DNA of 64,000 nt from Candidatus Eiseniibacteriota bacterium (lineage in GTDB: Bacteria > Eisenbacteria > RBG-16-71-46): NCBI GenBank assembly GCA_963776245.1, contig CAVZLN010000003.1, forward strand, positions 1,152,001 through 1,216,000, read 5' to 3'. This document shows positions 25,016 to 35,206 of the stretch, in pieces (position 1 is the stretch's first letter; every line of letters starts with the position of its first letter). Made by a program: the position numbers and the translations under genes. A model generated the notes under the pieces. That model saw nothing but the letters and a program-made list of their open reading frames with translations. It had not been told where the DNA came from and ran no database searches.

Positions 25016-25759
25016 ATGGAGCTGCACATCGCATCGGCGTCGTCCCGCGTCCGCGGGCTCGCCACCGCCCTCACGCTCGTCCTGGCCGCCGCCGCCGCTC
25101 CCGCCCGCGCCGCCGAGACGCCGGCCTCCCGCGCCCCGAACGCGCTGGACGGGGTGTGGAAGCTGAACGAGGCGCAGAGCGAGAGCTTCCAGAAGAAGAT
25201 GGCCGAGTTGCGCGGGGATTCCGGTGGCGGACCGGGTGAAGGGCGCGGGGGTGGCCGCGGCATGCGGGGCGGCGAGGGCGGCATGGGAGGCCGGCCCGAA
25301 GGCGGATGGGGCGGACATGGGGGCCACGGCGGCGGCGGCGAGGGCCGCGGTCCCGGCCGTGAAGGGGGTGGGCCCGGTGGCGACGGTGGGGGCCCGGAGG
25401 GCGCGGGCGGCGACCGGACGCCGCGTCTCAATCTGCTCGCGCGGCCGCCGCTCATGCTGGTCGTCGAGCAGAGCGACAGCGCGGTCGTGCTGAGCGAGCG
25501 CGGCGACCTGCTCGAGACCCTGGTGATCGCCGGCGCGGTCGACACGGTGGCGCCGTCGGGGCCGCCGCGGGTGGCGGCGCGCTGGGCGGGCAAGCGCCTC
25601 GAGGCGGAGGGAGCCGGCCCGCGCGGGGGCAAGCTGCGCCAGACCTATCAGCTCTCCGCGGACGGCAACCAGCTCACCGTGGTGGTGCGCGCCGAGGGCG
25701 TCAACGGCCGACCGCCGATCGAGCTCAAGCGAGTGTACGACCGCTACCAGGGCGACTGA
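25016..25759 (+). CDS. Secreted hypothetical protein with Gly-rich insert (lipocalin-like barrel suspected)
   Basis: Signal peptide ending APARA, LDGVWKLN, long GGxGG tract, TYQLSADGNQL, RVYDR; SD GAGGAG. Confidence 0.7.
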   Translation: MELHIASASSRVRGLATALTLVLAAAAAPARAAETPASRAPNALDGVWKLNEAQSESFQKKMAELRGDSGGGPGEGRGGGRGMRGGEGGMGGRPEGGWGGHGGHGGGGEGRGPGREGGGPGGDGGGPEGAGGDRTPRLNLLARPPLMLVVEQSDSAVVLSERGDLLETLVIAGAVDTVAPSGPPRVAARWAGKRLEAEGAGPRGGKLRQTYQLSADGNQLTVVVRAEGVNGRPPIELKRVYDRYQGD

Positions 25760-25954
25760 GGGCGCGCCGCGCGCCGGCCCCGGCGGACAGCGGGCCGCGC
25801 ACGGCGTGGACGGCGCAGCCGCGCAGGTTCACAAGCGCGCGGGAGCCGAGAGGCATCCCGCGCCGCTGAGGGCGCGTCGCCGCGTCCGGCACGGCGCGTG
25901 CAGAGGCACACGGCCATCGCCTCCGCGCTCCACCCGCTCCCGCACCGGTGCCCG

Positions 25955-26554
25955 ATGCGCACCCTGTCCAGGTGGCCTCCGGCAGCGAGGCCGCGCCTCG
26001 AGTGGCCGTTCCCCGCGTGGTTCATGCCGCTCTGGCTCGTCATCGTGCTGTGGGCGTGGTGGGAGCGGCTGGCGCGCGAGCTCGACGGGACCGGGATCGC
26101 GACCCTGGCGGTGGGCGGCGTTCCGATGGCGGCCCATCTGGCGCTCGGCGCACGCGCGCTCGGCTGGATCGGCGAGGCGCTCTTCTACACGCTGGCGTGG
26201 CGCGCCGTGGGCGCGCGCATGCCGGTGCTGCGGCTCGCCGCGGCGCTGGTGTCGTTCTCGCTCTTCGACCTGGTGGCGCTCGGCGTGCGCGACGTGCGTG
26301 GCTGGGCCGGTTCGCCGCTGGTCTCCGTGATCGCGGGGGGTGTGGTGGCCCCCGGCGAGGGCCCCGCCGCGCTCGCGCTGGCTGGCTTCGGCCTGTGCGC
26401 GGTCGCGCGTATGGTGTGCACCGCGCACGCGCAGGCGCGCGCGCTCGGCCGCGGGCTCGCCGCGCCGCTGGCGCTCACGTCCGCCACCCACGCGGCGGCG
26501 CGCGCGGCGCTCACCCTGGCCGTCACCTGGGCGCACGGAAGGAGTCCGATGTGA
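25955..26554 (+). CDS. Hypothetical multi-pass membrane protein (Yip1-like topology suspected)
   Basis: About 5 hydrophobic segments; stop overlaps next start (ATGTGA). Confidence 0.6.
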   Translation: MRTLSRWPPAARPRLEWPFPAWFMPLWLVIVLWAWWERLARELDGTGIATLAVGGVPMAAHLALGARALGWIGEALFYTLAWRAVGARMPVLRLAAALVSFSLFDLVALGVRDVRGWAGSPLVSVIAGGVVAPGEGPAALALAGFGLCAVARMVCTAHAQARALGRGLAAPLALTSATHAAARAALTLAVTWAHGRSPM

Positions 26555-27054
26555 ACACGCCCGACCCGCACCCGCCGGGAGCGCTCTCGCGCTGGGCCGC
26601 CCGCGTCGGGCTGGCGCTCATCGTGCTCTCGCTCGCCGCGCTCGCCGCGCTGACGGTGTGGGACCGCACGCGGCGCTGGGAGGTCCCGCGCTTCGAGGCC
26701 ACGCGCTTCGTCGCGCTGGTGCCACCCCCGGCGGTGGCCGCGCCCCCGGCCGCGCAGCGTGAGCGCTGGCTGATGGCGGTGAACCCCGAGTGCGCCCGCT
26801 GCCGCCGCGCGTTCCCCCGGGCGCTCGCGCGCCGCGACCGCGAGGCGGTCCCGCCGCGGCTCGAGGCGCTCATCGTGGACGCCGAGACGCGCCCGGGCCC
26901 CGCGGCGCTCGCGCCCTTCCGCGCCGACGCCGTGTGGTGGGACTCGAGCGGCGTCTGGCGCCACGCGTGGGGGCACCGCGTGTACGGCGAGATCCTGCGA
27001 TTCGCGCCCGATGGCACGCTGCGGGGGGTCGAGCCGCAGCCCGACGAGAAGTAG
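26551..27054 (+). CDS. Membrane-anchored thioredoxin-fold CxxC protein (divergent TlpA/ResA-like)
   Basis: N-terminal TM, WLMAVNPECARC, C-terminal ILRFAPDGTL. Confidence 0.6.
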   Translation: MNTPDPHPPGALSRWAARVGLALIVLSLAALAALTVWDRTRRWEVPRFEATRFVALVPPPAVAAPPAAQRERWLMAVNPECARCRRAFPRALARRDREAVPPRLEALIVDAETRPGPAALAPFRADAVWWDSSGVWRHAWGHRVYGEILRFAPDGTLRGVEPQPDEK

Positions 27055-27101
27055 TCCACCCGCCCCCGCGCACACCACCGCCTCCGCGCTGGGAGTCCAT
27101 C

Positions 27102-27341
27102 ATGCACACCGTCCGTCGCACCGCGGCGTGGCTCGCGCTCGCGGGCCTCGTCGTCGCCCTCCATGCCCCGCCGGCTCGCGCCGGCATCGCCGCGCCGCCC
27201 GAACCCGCGGGGCTCAAGAACCTGTTCAAGTACAGCGGGTGCGCCATCAGCGTGGCCGCCGCGGTCACCCCGCTGGGGATCGCCGGCGCCTTCCTCAATT
27301 GCGCCCGCGTGCTGCTCGACGAGCTCGGGCGGGACCTGTAG
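27102..27341 (+). CDS. Small secreted Cys-paired hydrophobic peptide A (79 aa)
   Basis: SD GGGAG; signal peptide ending PPARA; mature part with GC-x19-CA. Confidence 0.65.
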   Translation: MHTVRRTAAWLALAGLVVALHAPPARAGIAAPPEPAGLKNLFKYSGCAISVAAAVTPLGIAGAFLNCARVLLDELGRDL

Positions 27342-27366
27342 GCCATCCGGCCAGGAGGGATCCAAC

Positions 27367-27615
27367 ATGAAGCGCATCCGCACGCCCCTCGCCCTGCTCC
27401 TCGCCGCCGCGCTGGCGCTCGCGCCGTTCGCCCCGCCGGCGCGTGCCTCCACCGCCCCTCGGCGCGACTCCGTGGCCGGCGTGTACGCCGCGATCGGCTG
27501 CGGGCTGGGCATCAAGGTCATGCTGACGGGAGGGTTCATCAGCCCCACGATCGTCTCGCTCACCATCGGGATCTGCGCCCTCATGATCGCCGACGCGGTC
27601 GCCACCCCCGACTGA
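27367..27615 (+). CDS. Small secreted Cys-paired hydrophobic peptide B (82 aa)
   Basis: SD AGGAGG; signal peptide ending PPARA; mature part with GC-x24-CA. Confidence 0.7.
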   Translation: MKRIRTPLALLLAAALALAPFAPPARASTAPRRDSVAGVYAAIGCGLGIKVMLTGGFISPTIVSLTIGICALMIADAVATPD

Positions 27616-27814
27616 GGCGCGCCGCGGCGGCCGCGGCGCGTCGGGAACCTGGGCCGCGAACCGGACCGGGGACCAGCGGGTGGGGTCGGGAAGGGGCGTT
27701 CCCGCGGAGCGGACCCTTGCCCCTGAACGACCCACTCCCGTCCCACGGTCGCCCCGACCCGCCCCGACCTGGCGCTGGCCATTCACGGTCGGGCGCGGTG
27801 TTAGACTCCGGGCC

Positions 27815-28720
27815 GTGGAATCCACCGTCGCCGACGCCCTGCGCCACGCCATCGCCCGCCTCGACGCCCACGGCTCACCGCGTGCCGAGGCCGAGGAACT
27901 GGTCGGTCGGCTGCTCGAGCTCTCCCGCGCCGAACTCTATCTCGAGCCCGACTTCGCCATCTCCGAGTCCGAGTGGGAGCACTTCGCCGCCTGGGTCGAA
28001 CGGCGGGTGGCCGGCGAGCCACTCCAGTACATCACCGGCCGCGCCGCGTTCCGCGACCTCGACCTGCACGTAAGCCCCGCGGTGCTGGTGCCGCGCCCGG
28101 AGACCGAGGTGCTGGTGCAGGCGGTGCTCGACGTGCTGCGCGCCGCCCGCGCCGCGTGGCCGCAGCCGCGCGTGCTCGACCTCGGCACCGGATCGGGCGC
28201 CATCGCGCTCTCGATCGCGCACGAATGGCCGGCCGCGCGCGTGATCGCCACCGACCTCAGCGACGCCGCGCTCGCGGTGGCGCGTGACAACGCGGTGCGG
28301 CTGGCGCTGACCGAGCGGGTCGCGTTCGCGGCCGGGGACTGGTTCGACGCCGTGGGCGGGGACGACCGGTTCGAGGTGGTGGTCTCGAACCCGCCCTACG
28401 TGGCCGAGCACGAGTTCTCTGCGCTCCCCGCCGATGTGCGCGATCACGAGCCCCGCGCCGCGCTGGTGGGGGGAGAAGCGGGCAACGACGATCTGCGCAC
28501 CATCTCTACCGACGCCCCGCGTCACCTGGTGGCCGGCGGGCTGCTCGCGCTCGAACTGGCGGAGCAGCGCGCCGAGGAGGTGGCGTCGTGGTTCGAGGGG
28601 GCGCAGGACTGGACCGACACCCAGGTCCTGAACGACCTCGCCGGTCGCCCGCGCGTGCTGCTCGCGCGGCGCGCGCGCGGGCCGGCCATCGCGCCCGCGC
28701 AGTGGACGGAATCGCCCTGA
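27815..28720 (+). CDS. prmC: Release factor glutamine methyltransferase
   Basis: GEPLQYITG, VLVPRPETE, LDLGTGSGAI, SNPPY. Confidence 0.95.
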   Translation: MESTVADALRHAIARLDAHGSPRAEAEELVGRLLELSRAELYLEPDFAISESEWEHFAAWVERRVAGEPLQYITGRAAFRDLDLHVSPAVLVPRPETEVLVQAVLDVLRAARAAWPQPRVLDLGTGSGAIALSIAHEWPAARVIATDLSDAALAVARDNAVRLALTERVAFAAGDWFDAVGGDDRFEVVVSNPPYVAEHEFSALPADVRDHEPRAALVGGEAGNDDLRTISTDAPRHLVAGGLLALELAEQRAEEVASWFEGAQDWTDTQVLNDLAGRPRVLLARRARGPAIAPAQWTESP

Positions 28721-28828
28721 GCGGCGCGCTCCGCTCCACGATGTCTGGAGTCTGGTGCAGCGGATGGCTGGGGTCCACGCCCGCGGTCCGCCCGCGGGCT
28801 CGCGACGTCCGTCATCGCGCGTCCGGCC

Positions 28829-29761
28829 CTAGTGGTAGTGCGAGTCCATCTCGCCGGCGCGGACCGCCACCTTGAGCGTGTTGGCCTGCGGCGGGATCGG
28901 GCAGTTGTAGTGCTCGCTCACCGCGCACGCGGGGTTGTACGCGAGATTGAAGTCGAGCACATAGCGCCCGTCCGCGGCCGGTTGGACGTCCACGTAGCGC
29001 CCGAGCGCGTACGATTCGCGGCCGGTGGTGCGATCGCGGAAGAAGATCCCCAGATCGCGCTCACCCACGCCCGGCTCGAGCAGCCGGGTGGCCTCGAGGC
29101 GGCACGCGGTCCGGCCGACCTTGAACTCGAACCATCCCATGCGCAGCGCGTGGCGCTGGTTGCCGCGCGTGGAGAGGATGACGAGGGTGTCGGGCCGGGG
29201 ATCGGGCGTGAGCGCGACCTCGAACCGGTACGCGGGGTCCACCGGGAACCACTTGAGCCCCTTGTAGGCGGCGAAGCGCGGGCTCCTTGGGTCGAACACG
29301 ATGAGGGCGGGGAAGCGCTGGTGCGACAGGCGCAGCGTGAACCTCCCGATCCCGATGCCGCTCGGTCCCAGCGTGGCGTCACGGGTCTCGGCGTCCCTCA
29401 CCTTGAAGGCCGCCCCGGCGTCGAGCGCCTCGACGTGGAACGAGTCCCCCACCACGGTCACGCGCAGGTGATGCCCCTTCACGGCGTCGTCGTCGATGCG
29501 CACGTCACAGTCGACGGCGCGTCCCACCACCAGGGCGGTCCGATCGCCGAAGTCCTGGCGCTGCACCGTGGCCAGGTAGGAGGTCGGCCCGCTCCGGAGC
29601 CACTCCAGGGTCTCGGCGCGGTCCTTCTCGATCGCGGCCCGCAGCGAGTCGGCCACGGCGGGGGCGAGGCGGGCCGGGGTCGCGGGCGCCGCGAGCGCGG
29701 GCGCCGTGGCGATCATCAGGGCGAGCAGCGCGGCGCACGGCAGGGCGGGATGGCGAGTCAT
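28829..29761 (-). CDS. DUF1684 domain protein, secreted
   Basis: FFRDRTTGRESY..GRY, LDFNLAYNPACA...YNCPIPP..N.L...AGE; SD GGAGGA. Confidence 0.88.
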   Translation of the reverse strand: MTRHPALPCAALLALMIATAPALAAPATPARLAPAVADSLRAAIEKDRAETLEWLRSGPTSYLATVQRQDFGDRTALVVGRAVDCDVRIDDDAVKGHHLRVTVVGDSFHVEALDAGAAFKVRDAETRDATLGPSGIGIGRFTLRLSHQRFPALIVFDPRSPRFAAYKGLKWFPVDPAYRFEVALTPDPRPDTLVILSTRGNQRHALRMGWFEFKVGRTACRLEATRLLEPGVGERDLGIFFRDRTTGRESYALGRYVDVQPAADGRYVLDFNLAYNPACAVSEHYNCPIPPQANTLKVAVRAGEMDSHYH

Positions 29762-29986
29762 GCGTTCCTCCATCGGTCGGGGCGATCGGTCCGGCGCAGC
29801 ATAGCGGGGGAACGCGAGGTCGTCACGGGCGCGCGGCGGTTCCCGCGGCGGCTCGGCGCGCAGGTCGGGTCGCGGCAGTTGCGCCGGGAACGGTCGCCGC
29901 CGATAATCCCGCCGCAAGGCGACACCATCCCGAAGCACGCCATCGCGCGCGGCGCCATCGCGCGCGTCATCGAAGGAGAGGCGCCC

Positions 29987-31309
<1,323 letters not shown>

Positions 31310-31386
31310 CCGCGCGGCGCCGAGCGGCCGCGCCGTCGGCCTCGCGCGGGCGGCGCCGTCGTGCCGGGCCGCAGGGGAGACGCCGC

Positions 31387-32037
31387 ATGACCAAGCGTTA
31401 CGACCGCGACTACTTCGACCGCTGGTACCGTGACCCGCGCTGGACGGTGGTGCACCAGGGCGTGCTCGCGCGCCGCGTGCAGCTCGCGGTGGCGGCGTCC
31501 GAGTACCTGCTCGAGCGCGAGCTGCGCACCGTGCTCGACGTCGGCTGCGGCGAGGCGCCGTGGCGCGCGCTGCTCCGGCGCGCGCGGCCGAAGGTGCGCT
31601 ACACCGGCGTGGACTCGAGCGCGTACGCGGTGAAGCGCTACGGCCGCACCCGCGGCATCCGGCTCGGCTCGCTCGCCACCCTCGGCCGGCTCGGCCTCGA
31701 CCCGCCCTACGATCTCATCGTGTGCTCGGACGTGCTCCATTACGTCGGCACCGACGAGGCGCGCCAGGGACTCAAGGCCATCGCGCGGATGCTCGGCGGT
31801 GTGGCGTTCATCGAGATGTTCGCCAAAGAGGACGCGACCGAGGGTGACCAGGAGGATTTCCAGATGCGGCCTGCCGCCACCTATCGCCGGCTGCTGCGCG
31901 AGGCCGGGCTGATCCCGCTCGGGCTGCACTGCTACGCGGGCCGCTTGCTGCAGCGCGAACTGACCACGTTCGAGCGCGGCGGGGTGGTGAACCGCTCTCA
32001 GCGGCGCGTGAGCGCTCGGGTACCGCGCCACGGCTGA
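31387..32037 (+). CDS. Class I SAM-dependent methyltransferase
   Basis: VLDVGCG, GVDSS, YDLIVCSDVLHY. Confidence 0.85.
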   Translation: MTKRYDRDYFDRWYRDPRWTVVHQGVLARRVQLAVAASEYLLERELRTVLDVGCGEAPWRALLRRARPKVRYTGVDSSAYAVKRYGRTRGIRLGSLATLGRLGLDPPYDLIVCSDVLHYVGTDEARQGLKAIARMLGGVAFIEMFAKEDATEGDQEDFQMRPAATYRRLLREAGLIPLGLHCYAGRLLQRELTTFERGGVVNRSQRRVSARVPRHG

Positions 32038-32152
32038 GCCGCGGATGGCTCCCCTCGACACTCGAGAGCTCCGGTTCGAACGGCGCTAAGTCGTTCGCCC
32101 GCGTCGGCGTGTGGGCGCTCGGTCCCGCCCCAGCGGGAGAAACCGCCGGATG

Positions 32153-32201
32153 GATATTTCTGGCGAAATATCTAGACCGGGAACAATACCGGTCGTAGCT
32201 T
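32153..32201 (+). promoter_or_regulatory. AT-rich operator/promoter region with two inverted repeats
   Basis: GATATTTC-TGGC-GAAATATC and GACCGG-N8-CCGGTC; overlapping TAGACC-17-TAGCTT. Confidence 0.45.
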
Positions 32202-32283
32202 TCATCTTCATACACAGGGACGTGAGGACGCCTCCCCAGGGCCGGGCGGTGGGTTCCACCTTCACCCGATTGCGGAGGATCCC

Positions 32284-32838
32284 ATGAAGAGCCTCGGAAT
32301 CTCGTCCCGACTCATCTTGGCGGCCGCGGCGGGAGTGATGGCCGCTCTCGCGTTCGGTCCCGGGCCTGCACGTGCCCAGAACCCATTCCGCGTCCTCGAT
32401 GGCCCTACTCCCAACGCCGGGCAACAGCGTCGCATGGAGATGATCGTCATCGATTCGAATCCGGGCGCGAACGGGGCCTATCGCGCCCAGGCCGCCGTGG
32501 TGATCACCGGTGTGGAGATCTGCTCGATCGTGCCCGCGGGCAGCTGCAGCTCGCCCATCATCAGCTATGCCGGCAACTCGTTCTCGATCGACTGGGGAAC
32601 CGACTGCATGTCCCCGGGGCAGGTCGTGAAGATCAGGATCCAGTCGAATGTGCCGGTCGCGTCCGGCTCCGGCGTGTGGCGAAACGTCGCCGGCTCGACC
32701 GTGCCGGGGAGTCTTGTCCTCTCGTCCGGATGCGCAGCCCTGGGGGTCCCGATGACATCCGGCGCCGGGCTGCCGCTCCTGCTGGTATTGCTCGGCTCCG
32801 CGGGCCTGTTCGTGCTGCGGCGCGTCAAGGCCGCATGA
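32284..32838 (+). CDS. Secreted protein with IPTL-CTERM-like C-terminal sorting signal
   Basis: Signal peptide; ends VPMTSGAGLPLLLVLLGSAGLFVLRRVKAA (motif-TM-basic tail); SD GGAGG. Confidence 0.65.
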   Translation: MKSLGISSRLILAAAAGVMAALAFGPGPARAQNPFRVLDGPTPNAGQQRRMEMIVIDSNPGANGAYRAQAAVVITGVEICSIVPAGSCSSPIISYAGNSFSIDWGTDCMSPGQVVKIRIQSNVPVASGSGVWRNVAGSTVPGSLVLSSGCAALGVPMTSGAGLPLLLVLLGSAGLFVLRRVKAA

Positions 32839-32961
32839 GCGCGATCACGCACCGGCCGGGCATCGGGTGAGGGGTCGGGGCGACGTCGCGGGGCTCGAAC
32901 CGCTGGAGGACGCGCCCGCTCCTGTGCCGCGAGCTCCGCGTCCTTCGCCGACTTCGCAGCG

Positions 32962-33480
32962 CTAGCGCGCGCGCTGCTTCAGCGACTTCGCGGGCTTCGC
33001 GGCCATCGCGGGCTTCGCCCGCTTGGCGGTCCTCGCGGGCTTCTCGTCCACCTCGGTCGAGGTCCGCAGGAACTCTTTCACCGAGGTCGAGGCGATGGCC
33101 TCGCCGACCACCGCCAGCGGCAGGTCCTCGAGCCGCTTGAAACGCACGCACGACTTGCCCATGTCGAGCCGCTTTCCCGCCTGCTTGAATCCGTCCTGGA
33201 GCCGGTGGGTCATGGCGGGCGACTGGTACGCGCACATGAGGTAGAGGCCCATGTGGTTCTTCTGGTTGGCGAGCGCGGCGTACATCAGGGGCTGCCCGTT
33301 GTAGGTCTCGGAGCACACCGACAGCGGCACCTGATAGCAGATGAGCCCGTAGCTGAAGACCTCTTCATAGCCCTTCGGCAGGTGGGCGAGGACGACCTGG
33401 CGCACCTTCTGGATGGCCTCGCGGCGGCCGTCCGGCAGGCCGGCGATGTAGTCCTTCACGGCCTTGGCAGTGGGTGTCAT
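32962..33480 (-). CDS. DUF1801 domain protein
   Basis: LPKGYEE..YG, TYNGQPL, QKNHMGLYL, DMGKSCVRFK. Confidence 0.88.
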   Translation of the reverse strand: MTPTAKAVKDYIAGLPDGRREAIQKVRQVVLAHLPKGYEEVFSYGLICYQVPLSVCSETYNGQPLMYAALANQKNHMGLYLMCAYQSPAMTHRLQDGFKQAGKRLDMGKSCVRFKRLEDLPLAVVGEAIASTSVKEFLRTSTEVDEKPARTAKRAKPAMAAKPAKSLKQRAR

Positions 33481-33618
33481 GTCCGGTCACGCCTCCCTGG
33501 GGGTTCGAGTGCCGGAGGATTCTACACCCGCCGACCCTCGCGCCGAACCGGTTTCAGGGGTGCGTGAGGGAGATCGTCCGGCCGGGGGGGCGCCGCCCGA
33601 CCCCGCGGCGCGGGCCGG

Positions 33619-35031
33619 TCAGGCCGCGCTCCGTTCTTCGCCCGCGGGCTCGCCGAGCCCCGGGGCCGACTCCACCCACAGCGGCAGCGTGAAGCACATG
33701 CGCGTGCCGCGCCCCTCGCCTTCGCTCTCCATCGCGATGGCGCCGCCCATCATCTCGACGAACGTCCGGCAGATCGTCAGGCCGATGCCCGTGCCCCCGT
33801 AGCGGCGCGTCGTGCTGCCATCCCCCTGGATGAACGGCTCGAACACGGCGCGCTGGCGGTCGTGGGGGACGCCGATGCCCGTGTCGATGACTTCGAAGAG
33901 CAGATCGCCCGACCCGGACAGGAGCGTGGTCCGGACGCTGATCGAGCCCTGGGGCGTGAACTTGAGGCTGTTGCCGATCAGGTTGATCAGCACCTGCCGC
34001 ACCCGCTGCGTGTCGGCTCGCGCGGCGAGCGGGGTCTCAGGCGCCTCGAAGATCAGCCGCAGGCCCCGCGCGTCGGCCTGGGGCGTGAACTGCGTGCTCA
34101 GGTAGCCGAAGGTCTCGCCCACGTCCACGCGTTCGATGGCGAGCGACATCTTCCCGGCCTCGATCTTCGCCATGTCGAGCAGTTCGTTGATCAGGCGCAG
34201 CAGGTTCTTGCCGCACACCTGCGAGCGTCCGATGAAGTCGCGCTGCTCCTCCAGCGACGAGCACAGGCCGTCGTTCAGGAGCTCGAGGAAGCCCAGCAGG
34301 CCGGTGAGCGGCGTCCGCAGCTCGTGCGACATGTTGGCGAGGAACTCGCTCTTCATGCGGGCGGCTTCCACCAGTTCCGCGTTCGCGCGCTCGAGGGCCA
34401 GATTGCTCTCCCGCATCACCTCCTGCTCGCGCCGCGTGCGCGCTTCCTTGCGCAGCGTGCGCTGCGCCCACCAGCTCATGAAGGCGATCACGACCAGGGC
34501 GGCCAGCAGGGCGAGCACCGCGCCCGCCTGCGAAAGGCCGGCCGCGCGTTCGCCCGCGTCGCGGATGCGGCGGCGGGCGTACGAGACGGAGTCAAAGACG
34601 CGCACGAAGGCCGGGTCCACAGTGGACTCGTCGAGCTCGCGCGCCTCATCGAACCGACCCCGCTCGATCAATCTCAGCTCGCGGTCGACCGCGACCCGGT
34701 ATTCCACGTAGTGCCCGATCACATGCCGGGCATCGTCCGTCCCCACGTGGGTCAGGGGCGCGAGCAGCACTTCCGCCCGGGCGCGGTTGGCGGCGAGCGA
34801 GGTCCGAATCTCATCGGTGATCCGGCCCGAGGCGATCGCGCGCCACTCGAGCGCGTCGAGACGGTTGATGGCCGCGGTCAACTCCGCCATGCCCGCGTCC
34901 ACGCGCAGGTTCAGGTCCGCATCCCGCTCCAGCACGACGAACACGCTGGCGCCCACCGCGAACACCACCACGGCGGCGATGGTGAGCGAGCGAAGTCTCA
35001 GGGACTGCGGCACCGTCTGCGGATGACTCAC
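33619..35031 (-). CDS. Sensor histidine kinase (two TMs, HisKA + HATPase, no receiver); start approximate
   Basis: KSEFLANMSHELRTPL, NLIGNSLKFT, DTGIG, GGTGIGL. Confidence 0.9.
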   Translation of the reverse strand: MSHPQTVPQSLRLRSLTIAAVVVFAVGASVFVVLERDADLNLRVDAGMAELTAAINRLDALEWRAIASGRITDEIRTSLAANRARAEVLLAPLTHVGTDDARHVIGHYVEYRVAVDRELRLIERGRFDEARELDESTVDPAFVRVFDSVSYARRRIRDAGERAAGLSQAGAVLALLAALVVIAFMSWWAQRTLRKEARTRREQEVMRESNLALERANAELVEAARMKSEFLANMSHELRTPLTGLLGFLELLNDGLCSSLEEQRDFIGRSQVCGKNLLRLINELLDMAKIEAGKMSLAIERVDVGETFGYLSTQFTPQADARGLRLIFEAPETPLAARADTQRVRQVLINLIGNSLKFTPQGSISVRTTLLSGSGDLLFEVIDTGIGVPHDRQRAVFEPFIQGDGSTTRRYGGTGIGLTICRTFVEMMGGAIAMESEGEGRGTRMCFTLPLWVESAPGLGEPAGEERSAA

Positions 35032-35206
35032 AGGGGACCACGCCACGGGCTGGAGGTCGCGGCGGCAGGCCCGGGGGGACCGTGCCGTCCGGATCAGGAG
35101 GGGTAGATAGGGTTTCGGCAGCCACCGGCGAAGGTTTAGCCCGCTAAGTGGAAGGATGACCCGCCGATCGGCGGACTCCCTGGGCCCGGTGTGGGCGCCG
35201 CCGCGC

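Noticed and set aside
25220..25410. Gly-rich GGC repeat tract as a possible repeat array
   Set aside because: Low-complexity coding linker with no fixed repeat-spacer periodicity; not CRISPR.
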